Program-made: the position numbers and the translations under genes
Shown here: positions 10,146-22,453 of the stretch, piece by piece
How the letters are laid out: each line of letters begins with the position of its first letter
How positions within the stretch are numbered: position 1 is the first letter of the stretch
DNA from: Marsupella aquatica
Taxonomy: Eukaryota > Plantae > Marchantiophyta
Assembly: GCA_973895155.1 (NCBI GenBank)
Contig: OZ316893.1
Location: forward strand, 16,832,645 to 16,896,644
DNA length: 64,000 bases
Direction of reading: 5' to 3'
The notes under the pieces: model-generated
The model's database searches: none
What the model was told of the DNA's origin: nothing
Seen by the model: the letters and a program-made list of their open reading frames with translations, nothing else

Positions 10146-11829
10146 TGTTACCTATCTCCTCAATCATGTGTAGGGTAGTCCGTATGAAGTTAAGCCGTTC
10201 CATATAGATTAAGTTGGTGCACGACCCCTACTTGTATCTGTTGTCTGTCTTACCCTCAGGTTTGAAGTGCCGAGGTGTATACTCCTTATCCCAAATTCGG
10301 AGTTCAACTGACACCGGCCCGGTTGGCAGGCAGAAGATCTGGGCTAGCCGATGCTCCATGAGTGATAAGGTCTGTCCTGAAACCTTGGTGGTCGATGCGT
10401 TAGTGTCAAAATTGGAGATGAACTCACAAATCTCCTTTGGCCCGGCTGTGCACGATCTCCATAGCAAGTGAGCAAACTGCTCCAACTGATGCTCCTTGAG
10501 ATAGTCCGCGTGGTCGAGTTTCTTGATCGCGATCCAGACTACCTCGGGGACGCTGATTACTTGTAATAAGTTAGACTTTGGATTATCTGTAGGCCGTCGG
10601 GTCTGGTTGGTCGGGGGGTTTGCCGGGGTAGGTGCAGGGGTGGCGTTGGTTTGCGTTGTCGGTTCGGGGGCCGGTGTTGTCCTTGACCACTTCCGAGAAC
10701 GCTGCTCAAGCTGCGGACTAACACGCTCGGAACCCAAGGAATACTCAGTATTGTTCACGGGACGGATGTGGGCCCGATTTGGTGGTACACCGGTGGTCAT
10801 CGGTCGAGGGGCTGGGGGTGGTGTCGGGGTAGCCATATCCCAGTTAAAGGCATTGGAGCTTTCCCCAAGGAATGTAAGGTTACGCGCCGCTTCTCGTTGT
10901 CTACTGATGTCTTCTTCACGCTTCTCGGCTACAATTTGCTGGTCAATGTATCCCGGAATCTTGTCAAACTCGGCTGGAGTCAGTCTCTGGCTGCCCCTCA
11001 GCCTAAAGAACTTTGTAGGAACTTCAAGAATCACCTCTGCCATCGATCTGAACCCTTCCTCGCTGATATATAGCTCGGTGATGTAATCCCGTAGCTCGTT
11101 GTAACTAGAATCCCTGGTGATGGCCGTCTTCTCACAATTAACCTATACTACTTTGGCCACCAGCTTTGCGTATCTTTGTTCGTACGCGGCTTTCTCGGGG
11201 CAAGAGTACTAATAAGTCTTGGAGAACTTAGCACCAACCTCGCTAAACAAGGTCCAAAATCCCAAGGCTGTAAGGGTCATACTAACCTTTGTAGTCTGGT
11301 TCGTCGAGTCCACGTTCCCGCCCGACCGGTCCGCTTGCTGGTGGAGGCCTTACTTGCCCTGACTAAATCTCGCCACAATCCGCTCTTATCCCTCGATAAT
11401 CTTGTAAAGGTCAGCTTGATTTGAGAAAAAGGCGAGAGTGAATGGCAGCGTCCGCAAATTCCGAAAGGTAGGAATGAGCAAATGGCCCATAGCGCCATCG
11501 ACTCCGCTCTTATGGAGGTGCCAGGGTGAGCTCGAGCGTGAGAGGGCAAGGCCGTTTTGGTTGTTGATAATGAGCCGAAGTCGGCGTCTCGGTCCAAGCG
11601 TGATTCTCCTAATGGATTTTTACTCCGCCGCTGCCACCGTACCTCGGTCGAGCGTAATAATCCTCTTCCTTAATTTGTAATTATTTGGTCAACTAACCTA
11701 CTCCTAATCTATTCATAATGGCAAAGACGGCTATTCGTGCTATTCTATGCTACGGCTACGGTCCTAATGACCATATAAATCATAATCTATGACCTATGTT
11801 CGGTTAAGTGACACGCTGCCCGTGTCACA
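10146..11829 (-). mobile_element. LTR-like segment (TGTGAC...GTAACA on minus strand) enclosing an ORF
   Basis: TG/CA termini at both ends; abuts Gypsy RNase H coding at 11830; no matching TSD, so boundaries are tentative. Confidence 0.4.
10228..11043 (-). CDS. Uncharacterised Pro/Thr-rich retroelement-associated ORF
   Basis: 271-aa ORF with a low-complexity middle, lying between retroelement fragments; no domain recognised. Confidence 0.4.
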   Translation of the reverse strand: MAEVILEVPTKFFRLRGSQRLTPAEFDKIPGYIDQQIVAEKREEDISRQREAARNLTFLGESSNAFNWDMATPTPPPAPRPMTTGVPPNRAHIRPVNNTEYSLGSERVSPQLEQRSRKWSRTTPAPEPTTQTNATPAPTPANPPTNQTRRPTDNPKSNLLQVISVPEVVWIAIKKLDHADYLKEHQLEQFAHLLWRSCTAGPKEICEFISNFDTNASTTKVSGQTLSLMEHRLAQIFCLPTGPVSVELRIWDKEYTPRHFKPEGKTDNRYK

Positions 11830-13032
11830 CTTTCATATAGATCATGAGAGTTTGAAGTACCTAGTGAATAAGCCAGATCTTACAGACAGGGTAGCAAGAT
11901 GGATATTGCTATTACAGGAGTTTGACTACGAGCTGAAAACTTTCAGGTTAACTAGCTACAGACTACATTGATGATAGATTCCATGATGATTAAGGAGCTA
12001 TTTGTAGTAGAGGTCACCGATACTTGGTACCCTGATATTCTATGATTTCTCAGCACGTCAAGATTACAGGCAGGACTAAGCATGGAGCAGGCTGCAATTT
12101 TTCTACAAAAAGTTAGATAGTATCAGTGCATTACAAGCATCTTACACAAGTATGGGATCAATGGAAAAATTCAAAGGGGTTTGGAACAAGGAGAAGTAAA
12201 GTGGGTCCTATAGGCTATGCATGGAGAAGAGGCTGGAGGACATTTTGAACCAATAACCACGTTGAAAAAGATCTTAGATGTCAGCTATTGGTGGCCGACC
12301 TTACACAAGGATGTACACCAGTTTATCAAGCAAAAGAGAATGTGATCCTTGCAAGAGAGCGGGAGGACCAAGGGTTGCCACAAGACATCCGTTGCACCCT
12401 ATTCTACCTCTGGCACCATTTGAGAAGTGGGGTATTGATTACATTGGACCCTTGAAGCCATTAACTTGTCCTCTGAGAAACAAGTACATAATCTTAGCTA
12501 CAGATTATGCAACCAAATGGGTAGAGGCTAGGCCAATGACAAAGGATGATGCAGTTACTACGGCACAATTCATGTATGAGAAAATTTTCACCAAGTATGG
12601 AGCACCCCTAGAATTAGTAAGTGATAGAGGAACTCATTTCTTGAATGATATAATTAGTCGTTTAAATGAGTGGTACCTAAAGATAATAATAAATTAAAAA
12701 AATGAGCAGTACCTAGTTTGACATCGTCCTACTACTCCTTACCATCCAAAGGCAAATGGGTTGACAAAACGAGCAAATGGCATCATAGGTAAAATCCTAA
12801 ACAAAATGACAGCTCAGAACAAAATTGATTGGGATGACAAATTGTTTGCTGTTGTTTTTGTTTACAATTTTGCCTACAAGTCAACTACCGGTCATACACC
12901 ATTTTTCTTAACCTTGGACAGGAAGCTTTGGTACCCATGCAACTTGAGATTCCTACATTTCAAGTTACAACTAAGGAGAGATCTTCAGAGGAAGAAAGCC
13001 TAAGAGAGCGACAATATAAATTAGAGGCCTTA
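11830..13032 (+). pseudogene. Degenerate Ty3/Gypsy pol fragment (RNase H end, integrase)
   Basis: DHESLKYL...ARWILLLQEFDY; HH/CC Zn finger; PFEKWGIDYIGP, DYATKWVEA, SDRGTHF; multiple stops and frameshifts. Confidence 0.9.
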
Positions 13033-13442
13033 TGTGACGCCGAAAGCACAACTGGTAATAAGTAATACGGCTTAATCCGTGTTATGCATTCCGAAGTAGA
13101 CGTAGAAATCCATAGTTATTAGCATAATGACATAATCTTAGCTAGTCATGATGTTTAGAACGGGTTTAGTAATAATGGGAGTTCACGCTTGGGTTGGCGG
13201 CGTGGCACTTGACGTACCGACGGATTGGGGGCGTGTTATGGTGGTCAACCTTGGGTCCTATAACAACGCTCCTTAAGTCTCTGCCATGCTTTGACCTGGA
13301 CTAGAGGAGTGATTGAGAAGCCTTGGGCGTAATAGGCTTGGCCTATCATAGGCAGAGGGAGCCGATCGTTTGACCCACAACAAAGGTATAAATATATGTA
13401 GTATCACACTAGGGACATAAATTAACATTTAAGATCCAAAAC
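13033..13442. mobile_element. LTR-like fragment interrupting the Gypsy integrase and hosting the Copia insertion
   Basis: Integrase coding breaks at TGTGACGCC (13033); non-coding sequence follows and resumes briefly at 17990-18015. Confidence 0.4.
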
Positions 13443-13575
13443 TGTCGTGAGGTAATGAGTCTCCAACAGATCTTCTAGTCCGGGAGGTTTTATATATAGG
13501 TGTATGTATCATGTACACCCCTGGTTAGGGTGACTTAACCAGGGTAAATGGTGACTAGACGTGGGGATTATAACA
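13443..13575 (-). repeat. 3' LTR of the Bianca-like Copia
   Basis: TGT...ACA termini; matches 17852-17984; PPT adjacent at 13576-13586. Confidence 0.95.
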
Positions 13576-13944
13576 CTCCCCCTTGGCTAAATAGTGGTAG
13601 CTATGTAGACAACTAATCCTATGAGTCTAGTCTTTGTTGATTATGTTTATGGAGTGTATATGATAGGTGTACAAGCGAGGAGGACTGCCTCGTTAAAAAA
13701 CCTTTATCAACTCTAGCTTAGTAAAAACTCTACCAGTGTAGTAGAGAAAAATATGAGTGCTAAAGGAAAAAGAGTGCAGTCTAACAGTCCTCGTCGTAAT
13801 AAATATCAATGTTAAGTAAAGTTAGATGCTATAGTAAATCTAGCTTTTAACATTTGTCTCATCAGTAGGTCGTCAGCAGCATATCATCAGCATCATGTCG
13901 TCAACATCATCAAGTATCATGTGGAGCAGCAGCCTCCACGGTCA

Positions 13945-16427
13945 TCATGCGTCGCACGCTCCGTAGTCCAATCGCCTGGCAGTGTCGGTGATGGACTGAT
14001 GGTGATAATGATTTGGTGAAGAGATCCGCACAGTTGTCTGCACTTGAAAAACATCGCCAGTTGTAGGCTCTATATATCGGATTATGGACGGTGAGTCAAA
14101 TCCGATGTATATCCCCGACTGTCGTTGGGGTCCCATCTTGGTTCGTTTGGGTGGAGTAATGGGGACCATTACTTGACATCCAAATGAACGAAGATGTGAT
14201 AGGTCAGGTTTAATACCATTAGCAATTTGGTATGGGCTATAGGTATTAAAGGCCGATGGGCGGTATTGGATTAATGCATTAGCCTGTAATATGGCATGTC
14301 CCCATACTGAGACAGGGAGTTTCGACTGCATTAATAGTGGGCGTGCAATTAACTGAAGGCGTTTAATGACCACTTCAGCTAGTCCGTTCTGAAAATGCAC
14401 GTGAGGTACAGGATATTGTACGTCAATGCCAAGTGATGTGCAGAAGTCATCAAATGTTTCGGATGTGACTTCCCCTACATTGTCCACCCTTAGTGTCTTA
14501 ATGGGGTGGTCTGGGAATTGTGCTTTCACGCGCAGGATTTGCGCCAAGATACGAGGCATAACCATGTTCCTCGTTGAAAGCAATGTCACATTTGACCATT
14601 TAGTTGATGCGTCGATTAATACCATGAAGTAGCGGAAGGGTCCGCTCGGTGGGTTGATCGGCCCGCAAACATCGGCGTGGATTATTTCCAAGAATTTGGG
14701 TATTTTGGTTGGCAATTTTGATGCCGTGGGCCTTGTTATTAATTTGCCGCGTGAGCATGCAGTGCATGGGGTGCTAGCTGGAATGTGGCGTGTATTGATT
14801 GGAATGCCACTTGAATTCTTAAGTATTTTGCTTAGCATTGATTGGCCGGGGTGGCCAAGGCGTGCATGCCAAAGCGCGGGCAATTCACTTGTGTTGGCAT
14901 TGTTATGCAAGCATTCAATATGAGTTACATAAAACCCGCAGGGGTACGAGAAAAGGGTTTCTTTAATGATATTCCCCGTAGGGGTATTTTCAACCAAGTG
15001 TATCACTTCCTGATCTCTGGTATCGCCCGTCTGGACATGTAGTCCGTTTGCTCGTATATCTCTAAAACTGAGGAGATTACGCATTGCATTCGGGGCAAAA
15101 ATAGCAGATTCTATGTGTATAGCTGTACCCTACGGGAGTCTAATGGAAGCTGGGCCAAAGCCCTCTTCTATTTGGCTAGGGCCATTAATAGTGGTTAGGG
15201 ATCGACGTGAGGGTGTGATCTTGTGAAAAAGGTGTCGATCCCGGAGGATAGTGTGCGTGGTTGCACTATCTATAATACATGTGCTGGGGCTATTTAGATC
15301 TGGGGTTGTGGAACTACTTGCCACTAAGTGTGCTTCGGGTTGGGCAGGTAGATCTGAAAAGTCTTGGAATGGGTCGCTGGACCCCATAAACGCCCCGTGG
15401 GTTTCACGGGGTGGTGCCCTAGAGGTTTGTCCGTCCCTGAGGGATTGTTGATATAGCTCTTTAAGGTGTTGTGGGATTCTACAGTTTCTGGCTAGTTGGT
15501 CATGCCACATGCATGGCATTTTGGGCGTTCCCGTTGTGGTTGGGATTGTGACCAATCATTTTGGCGGTTGTTGTTATATGTTCTTCCATCGCCGTGTCCA
15601 CCTCGTCCTCCGCGTTTGCCTCGTCCTCCACGTCCTCCGCGTCCTCCGCGTCCACTAAATGACCGTCTGAAATTGTATTGTGGGCGTTGGTTAAAGAAAC
15701 TCCCCCTGTTGGGGTGGTTTCTATGGTTGCCATTCCTACTTCGCTTAATGCCCTGCCTTGATGTGGAGGGTTCAGCGGTGTCGGTAAGATGTGTTTCACT
15801 CTGTGATCCTGAGGGCAGTGTGCCCGCAGGACGTTTTCTAGAGTTAACTAAGAGGAGTTCTTGGTTTCTTTCGGTGACTAGGAGGTGGGCTATGAGCTCG
15901 GAGTATTGCCCGAACTTCATGTTTCGATACTGAGTTGATAGCCACACATTCGATGAATGAAGTGTTGACAAGGTCTTCTCTAGCAGATCCTTGTCTGTGA
16001 CCGGCTCGCCACATAGTGCGAGGGTTGATGTTATTCTAAAGAGTTCGCTATTGTAGGTTGAAATAGAGGTAAAGTCCTGGACCCGTAGGTTGAGCCAGTC
16101 TTGCCTGGCTCTAGGTAATTCAACCAGTTTCTGGTGGTCGAATCGGGTCTGGAGCGCTATCCATAGTTCGCGAGGAGTCAAAAGGTGCATGTATTGTCTC
16201 TGTAGGAATCTATGGATGTGGCGTCTCAGGAATACTAGGGCTTTCGATTCGTTGGCTTTAGTTAATGGGTCTGGTTGTGGTTCACCGGCAAGGATGGGTT
16301 GAGCGAGCCCTATTGCAGGGAGTAGGGTTAGCGAGGTTAGGTTTTCTTTTAGGTTCATGGACCATTCTAGGTAGTTGCCGCCATCTATTTCTAGGGCTGG
16401 AAAGTTAAGTTTCTCTAGGTTGGTCAT
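13945..16427 (-). pseudogene. Copia gag-protease-integrase polyprotein, disrupted
   Basis: gag with RGG repeats; zinc knuckle CHACGMTN/(H)LARNC broken by a frameshift at ~15493; protease CIIDSATTHTI; in-frame TAG at 15130; LWHARLGHPG, CTAC, HADVCGP, RVDN, QNGLAE integrase blocks; truncated near 14040. Confidence 0.92.
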
Positions 16428-17837
16428 TGGGGTGGTGGCTCGATTCCTTTTAGTGGTACTTTAGGCTTATTTACTAGTAGGTATAGTAGGAAATGACAAA
16501 GCACATTTCTGCGGCATGCAAGGTGGGGCTGGGTGGAGAGAGCATGCAAATCCAAAATTCAATTTTAGGGTTTGCACTTAGGATTTAGGTTTTCCTTGGT
16601 ATTTGGTTAACTGCAAAGTTTCCTTTGTATTTTCTCTTTCCTTTGTTAAACTGTGCAGTAATGAAGTTTTGCAGTCTGTGCAGTTATGGGTGATTCTTTA
16701 CTCGTACCCTAGTTAATTGCACTTTCGGCTTTGTAAAGTTAATTTTCTTTGTTACGGGATGCAGTTATGGAGGTTTTGCGGTTATGTGCGCTTATTTGGT
16801 TAAGTGCAACTTTTCCTTTGTAATTGAAATTTCTTTGACAGATTTTGCAGTTAAAGAGGTTTTGCACTTAGCAGCGGTTCTCGAGGTTTTCTCGACATTT
16901 TTGCAATTTTGTTGCAAGATTTGTCGAGGTGCCGTCTTGCTTCCGGGGCTCCTTCGATCACGATTTCATATCCTCTCTCGAGCAATGTCTTCTTGAGGTT
17001 CTCCAATCAACCCCGGTTGCTCCTTTGCTTCTCTTTGTCGATAGTTTCTTCCAGATTCTCAAGGTACCGATTCTCGCTGTGACTTTCCTGAGCACTTTCT
17101 TCGCCTTATTTCTACACAAGCTCCATGGGACTGCCTTTTTGATGGTCAGAGGATCAAATGGTAGGGCTGCGCCTTCCTTCGCCTGTGTCACAACGCTATC
17201 CTGAATTCGTCTTCCTTTAAATCCAACCATTTCCTGGAATCTCCATAGCCCCTCTCAAGTTTCTTTGCCTCTTCGTTGTTCTGCTATATTGTCCTTACGA
17301 GTTCAAGTCTCAATGTCCCTGTGGCATTTCTTTGAAATTTTGGTGCTGCCTGTCTTTTCCTTTTTCGGCTCTTACAGATCTTCGATCCTAGTCTCTCAAT
17401 TCTTATTTCCTCATGATTCCTGGATTCACCTTGCTACTAATCGTTCTCATTCAATCCTGCCTACTCTTTTTGTTTTCTATTGGTTCTTCTCGATTCACTC
17501 CGCTCAGTCTGATCGTTAATCTTATACAATCCCATTCACCATTGCAATTCAATTTTCTGCGCTCGGTTCTCCGTTGTTATCTTTTGGCATATCCTTATGA
17601 ATGTTGTTTTTGTTTCTCTGCCCTTGGTTCTCTGCTTCTCAACCTCTCGCGCTCCTCTTATCACTTTTTGGGTCTGTTTCCTTCATTCGTCATTGGGCAT
17701 TTTTCTCCCCTATCCTTTCCTTTAAGCCTTATCAATCTGTTTCCTTATGAGTCTCGATTCTTGCTTTTCTTAATTTCTTGCGCTCCGTTGGGTCCTCGAA
17801 AAAAAATCTTAGCCTCCTTGCTCAGCCTCGGTGAGTC

Positions 17838-17851
17838 TCGTGCTGATAACG
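17838..17851 (-). promoter_or_regulatory. Primer-binding site complementary to the tRNA-Ile anticodon arm (half-tRNA priming)
   Basis: Plus strand TCGTGCTGATAACG directly inside the 5' LTR; resembles the plant tRNA-Ile(AAU) anticodon arm TCGTGCTAATAACG recalled from memory. Confidence 0.7.
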
Positions 17852-17984
17852 TGTCGTGAGGTAATGAGTCTCCAACAGATCTTCTAGTCCGGGAGGTTTT
17901 ATATATAGGTGTATGTATCATGTACACCCCTGGTTAGGGTGACTTAACCAGGGTAAACGGTGACTAGACGTGGGGATTATAACA
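17852..17984 (-). repeat. 5' LTR of the Bianca-like Copia
   Basis: Matches 13443-13575 except GGTAAACGG vs GGTAAATGG. Confidence 0.95.
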
Positions 17985-18015
17985 AAAACTCAATATTCTT
18001 TCCCATAGAAGAACA

Positions 18016-21000
18016 TGTAAGGAATTATTTTCTATGATTTAGCACTTATGAATGATTAAGGTAACAAAACACAAAGATTGAGCCTTTTACTATGATTGCT
18101 CAGCAAGGCATAGATTTGAATGTTTGCTTAACATTGTAAATAAAATAACAAAATGGAATCAATTAACAAAACACAATGAAAATCTTGAGGTATGGTGAGG
18201 GAGTTAGGAAACAACCAAGGTGACTCCTCAGCATCACTTAATTTGAGATGATTTAAGGTGAGGAATCCGTAAAGACATTTCTGGAATACATGGAATGCTT
18301 TACTAGGATGGTTTATTAAAGTGCCGTCAACACATTTCAACCTTTCCTTCCAAGGTACTAAGTTAGGATTAACAACCAATCACTTCAGCTTCCAATCGGT
18401 ACTTTGAGTCACGAATATCAAGCACCATCATCAACAACTTAAAGTCATAGGTAATTGGGTGATAACATTCGTTGCACCTCGTGCACAAGCAATGTTATGC
18501 CAAAAACTATGCATCAAGAACTAAAGAATATGTGAAACATCACCAACAAGGAATCTATTTCCACGTATACCAAAGATTTAACAAACAGAATGATTTTACT
18601 TCAAGGGTCCAAACTTCTCATCCATTCAGACTTGAAGGGGGAAGAAATCCTTTGTATTAAGTACTCATATGCAATGGAGTTCTCTTTACAAGGTGGAGGT
18701 AACAAAGTTGCAATCTTGCAACTGAGCGCTCATGAAATTTCTTCACACTAAAAGTGACAGAAATTCAACTCAATATAGATTAGCAGGAATCAAAGGAAAA
18801 AGAGATAATGAAAGGACATGCCTTTTCATATCTTAAGGGTCATAAACTAAAGTAAAAAGTATGAAAATATGTTACAGGAGTACTTAAGGTTCACTAGAAT
18901 GCTGCTGGAATGAAAAACTAATCAAAAATGACCCCTAGTGTTAACTGGAGTGAAAGTGTTTTTTGCACTTTTGTGATAAAACTAACAAATAGCAACTTTG
19001 TTTGAATTTTAATTTCTAACATAAAGGTCAGAATGGGGTGCAACTTCTCTAGGTGGAAGATTTACATACATGCTATATGCTGGCAAATTTTCAGACTTTT
19101 CTGAGGTGTCTAAGTGCCTTAATAAAATTGATGAAAAGTGCTGTTGGATATAAAAATACACTTTTCCGGAAAATTTTCTAAGTGTCGGAAGCGCCTTTGC
19201 GCTTTGGCATAGTAGCGCCGTTGCGCCTTTGCGCACTTACGCTACAGCAAAACTACTGAAAAAGTATGAGGCTTTTCTATCTATGATAACTACTTAACAA
19301 AAATTGTTGAGGTCGACTGATCTTGATTTGAAAGATGGAGAAGGTCAATCTTCTTGAAGCAGTGCTGTCTGGTCCGGTGGTTGGAAATTCCTGAATGTCT
19401 CTGTCCGAATCACTTCTCGAAGGAAATCCATAACCTGAGTATCATGTAGAGCAAAAGAAAGTGACCTGATTTGTCGCTCAGCATTTAAAACAGGAAGTAG
19501 TCTCCTGTGGAACATGGTGTTCACCTTACTAGCTTGCATATAGATGCCCACCAGATCATAACTACAACAAGTGGTATGATAGTTGCGTGGAAACTTGTTG
19601 ATGATGGTGCCGGAGTCCTTGGCAAGCGATAGAAGTGGAGTAACACTAGGTAATAGTTTCCGCCACTTCAAGGTGTAAGCAGCCAACCGTTGGGAAGTAA
19701 TGTTGTTCCAGATTCTCTGACTCTCAGCAACCGGTGTAATAAATTGTTGAACAACAAAGGGTTCCTTTGGTAGGGCACTATGGTCAACCTGATATTGTTT
19801 GTTGGTTTGTCTCAAAAAGTTGATGATGAATTCCAAGACATAGGCAGGTAAGTTCCCGAAATATGCCAAAGCCAGATCTCCATTCTCCAGTACAATGTGT
19901 CCAACCAGGATCATGACAGCAAGAATAGGGAAAAAATATTCAGCTTCTGTCCAGATCTCATCAATCTCTGCTATCTCCAAGCGGGTGACATCCTTTAGAT
20001 GAAGTTTCAAGATATAGAGACATTCAACTCTCTTCTTATGATAGTACTGTCAAAACTCTAAGATGGGAGGAGTTCTAAGGTCTGAAACTCTGACAAATTC
20101 AGCAAACTGTTTGATACTCTCCTGAGGAGTCTTAGGGTCAATATGCAGTGTAGGAATGAAATTGACCTGGCAGGATTTAGCTTGACCTGGTGGAAGGATG
20201 TCAGGATAGGAAACAACAAGATGTTCAACTTCAAGTGTAATCTCAGGTTCTGGAAAACTAGGATAGAGCCGGTCTGGTTGATTTGAAGGACTATAAGGAG
20301 AAGTAGGTGAATGACTAGAAGGAGGGGAAGAATAGTAAATGGGAGAGCCAGATGCTGAGGTGTGATAACGGACTGCATTATAGACTTGCTTGGTGTTGCA
20401 TCCAAAAATTTGTGTAAGTCTGTGGACTAAATCTTCACAATATTCTTGATGATGATCTCGGGTAAGTAAAGTTGATGTCTTATGCAGAAGATCATCTAAG
20501 ACATCAATTAAGTGTCTCTCATCACACTCCAGCATGTCGGTCATTTTATTGACAAGAGTAGAATAGTGTTCAACAAAGTGACATGGAGAAGCAGATAGTG
20601 TCTGTTGAAGTTCTAACCTAGGTGATGTATCGTTCTCCTCCATCGGTTCAGCTTCAGCAATATTTGTAACCTTAAGATTGGAGGTAGATGGTGTGGGTTG
20701 AAATAGCTCCATCGCCTCGGAATAGAACTGAGTGGGACCTTGGGTTGGAGAGTATGGAGAATCGGGACTACTAGGTTCAGGCAGAGTTACAGAGGCTGCT
20801 CTTAACCTCTCAACAGAGTCAACTATCTCCTCAGGTTCATAGATCAATAAGTTGCTTAACTTCTCAACAATTTGCTGATTACATTCTACTCTCAGTTCAT
20901 CAGCCATTGGTTTGCTGAACATGAAGGGTCTCTTACGGGATCTCATAGAAGGGGTCAAGTTGTCTACGGATAAATTCTGAGTTGGGACTATAGATGATCG

Positions 21001-22415
21001 AAGAGTAATAGGGACAGGTATGTCAACTACAGGTGCAGGTGGTGGGGATATTCCCACTGGTTCGGATGCATACTCATCGAGATTGGAATTGAGGGGGGTG
21101 TAAAGTCTTCTATCCTGATTGAGATCTTCAAAAAGGGATAGAGGGTTATCAGGAATTGGTGAAGAGGTACTTCTGGGTTCCACAAGTGGTTCTCTATGGG
21201 CAAGAGGGGAAACCTCTGAACAGATAGGTGGGGGGACCTCTGGTTGAACTTCATCAGCATCTTCTCCTTCAATATCCTCGTTTCCTGATTCACTAAAATC
21301 AAATTCATCAAGCAGTCTGATCCGCTCCTCTTGTTTGCCTGGAAGTAAACAATTCCCATGAAAGTACAACTGGCAAAGATAAGCAGGGAGAGTAGTGAAC
21401 TCATCCATTTTCACCTTCTTTACTTGAGATAAAATAACCCGTCTTAGCAACAAGGCCCAGTTGATCTCAGCAACTCCCTTCCAACTTGCCACAATAGTAT
21501 TGGCAAGTGACAAGGTATCATATGCGGTTGGATGGGATGGAGAATTGGAACTAAAAACTCTAAAATGATTTTAAGAGTATAATCAATGCACTGGTCCATT
21601 TTCCATCCATGGCAAACGTTTTGAGTTCCAGAAAAATAAGGTCTCGCAATCTCTCCTTGTCGTGAGTGTAAGCTGTCGCCTTCAGCAGGACAGTTGAAAG
21701 CATCAGCAACAAATTGTAGAGTCCAGAATTCTGGATTTGCTCAAGCAGTTCCCACCATACCAACTTCAATCCGTGCTCCATCACTGAAATCCCTCAAAAA
21801 ACTCAATGAAGTTGCAGACCAAGGCAGAGTGAGTAATTTACTCAGGTGCATGACCGCCAGTGCTTCCTTCAAAATGTGCGAGCTTCTTTTCATCGTAGGG
21901 TATGTCATAGGGACGGCCTTAGGTAAAGGAACTCCTCTCGCAGTCATCTCTCCCCCTTCGTCTGCCATAGCAATAAGAGACAAGGCGTTGTGGCCAACTA
22001 TCGATCCGAAGAGATCTATGCCAGTTGATCCGCTTTTGCTCTGTTGCGCCCTTCCGCCTTTGCTCCGGAATATCGTTACGCAGTTGTGCTCTTGCGCTCT
22101 TCCCCCGAAATGCCGTTGCGCTTTCAGGCCAAAACGCCATCGCGCTTTTGCGCTTAAACGCTGTTTGTAACCCACGGTCAAACCTTGTAGCACTAATCTT
22201 CCTTTCGCGCTTCGAGAATCATAGATAGTAGTCTCTCTGGCTCGTCTCACCCCTACCTAGTTACTTAGGGTATTATCCATTAATCTGCCTAACTTAAGTC
22301 TTAACCTTACTTATATCCAAAAGTAGATTAATTGACTATGTTTAATCTATTTCTAACTACAAAATTTTTTATTTTTATTATTATTTCTAATTTCCTAATT
22401 TAGTCAGCTATTACA
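18016..22415 (-). repeat. Putative 4.4-kb 3' LTR (TGTAA...TTACA)
   Basis: Starts right after the PPT with TGTAA (22415-22411); matching inverted TTACA at 18020-18016. The second LTR is not in the window. Confidence 0.55.
19345..21968 (-). pseudogene. Long extra ORF (~870 codons when joined) inside the putative Gypsy LTR
   Basis: ATG at 21968 (MADEGGEMT); pieces 21741-21968, 20050-21513 and 19345-20010, the last two in frame across a TGA; INWALLLRRVI...LPAYLCQLYFHGNCL block shared with ORF 34120. Confidence 0.6.
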
Positions 22416-22453
22416 TAACTCCCTCCTCAAACGGCGCCGTGTCCTCACAAGCC

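Larger units (their letters stand above)
13443..17984 (-). mobile_element. Ty1/Copia LTR retrotransposon, Bianca-like, internally deleted (no RT/RNase H)
   Basis: 133-bp LTRs with one visible mismatch, TSD AAAAC (13438-13442, 17985-17989), PPT CCAAGGGGGAG, PBS CGTTATCAGCACGA, gag starting MTNLEKLNFPALEIDGGNYLEW, then protease and integrase. Confidence 0.95.

Noticed and set aside
15480-15500. Programmed gag-pol frameshift in the Copia
   Set aside because: The shift falls inside the zinc knuckle and removes its His, so it is a deletion lesion.
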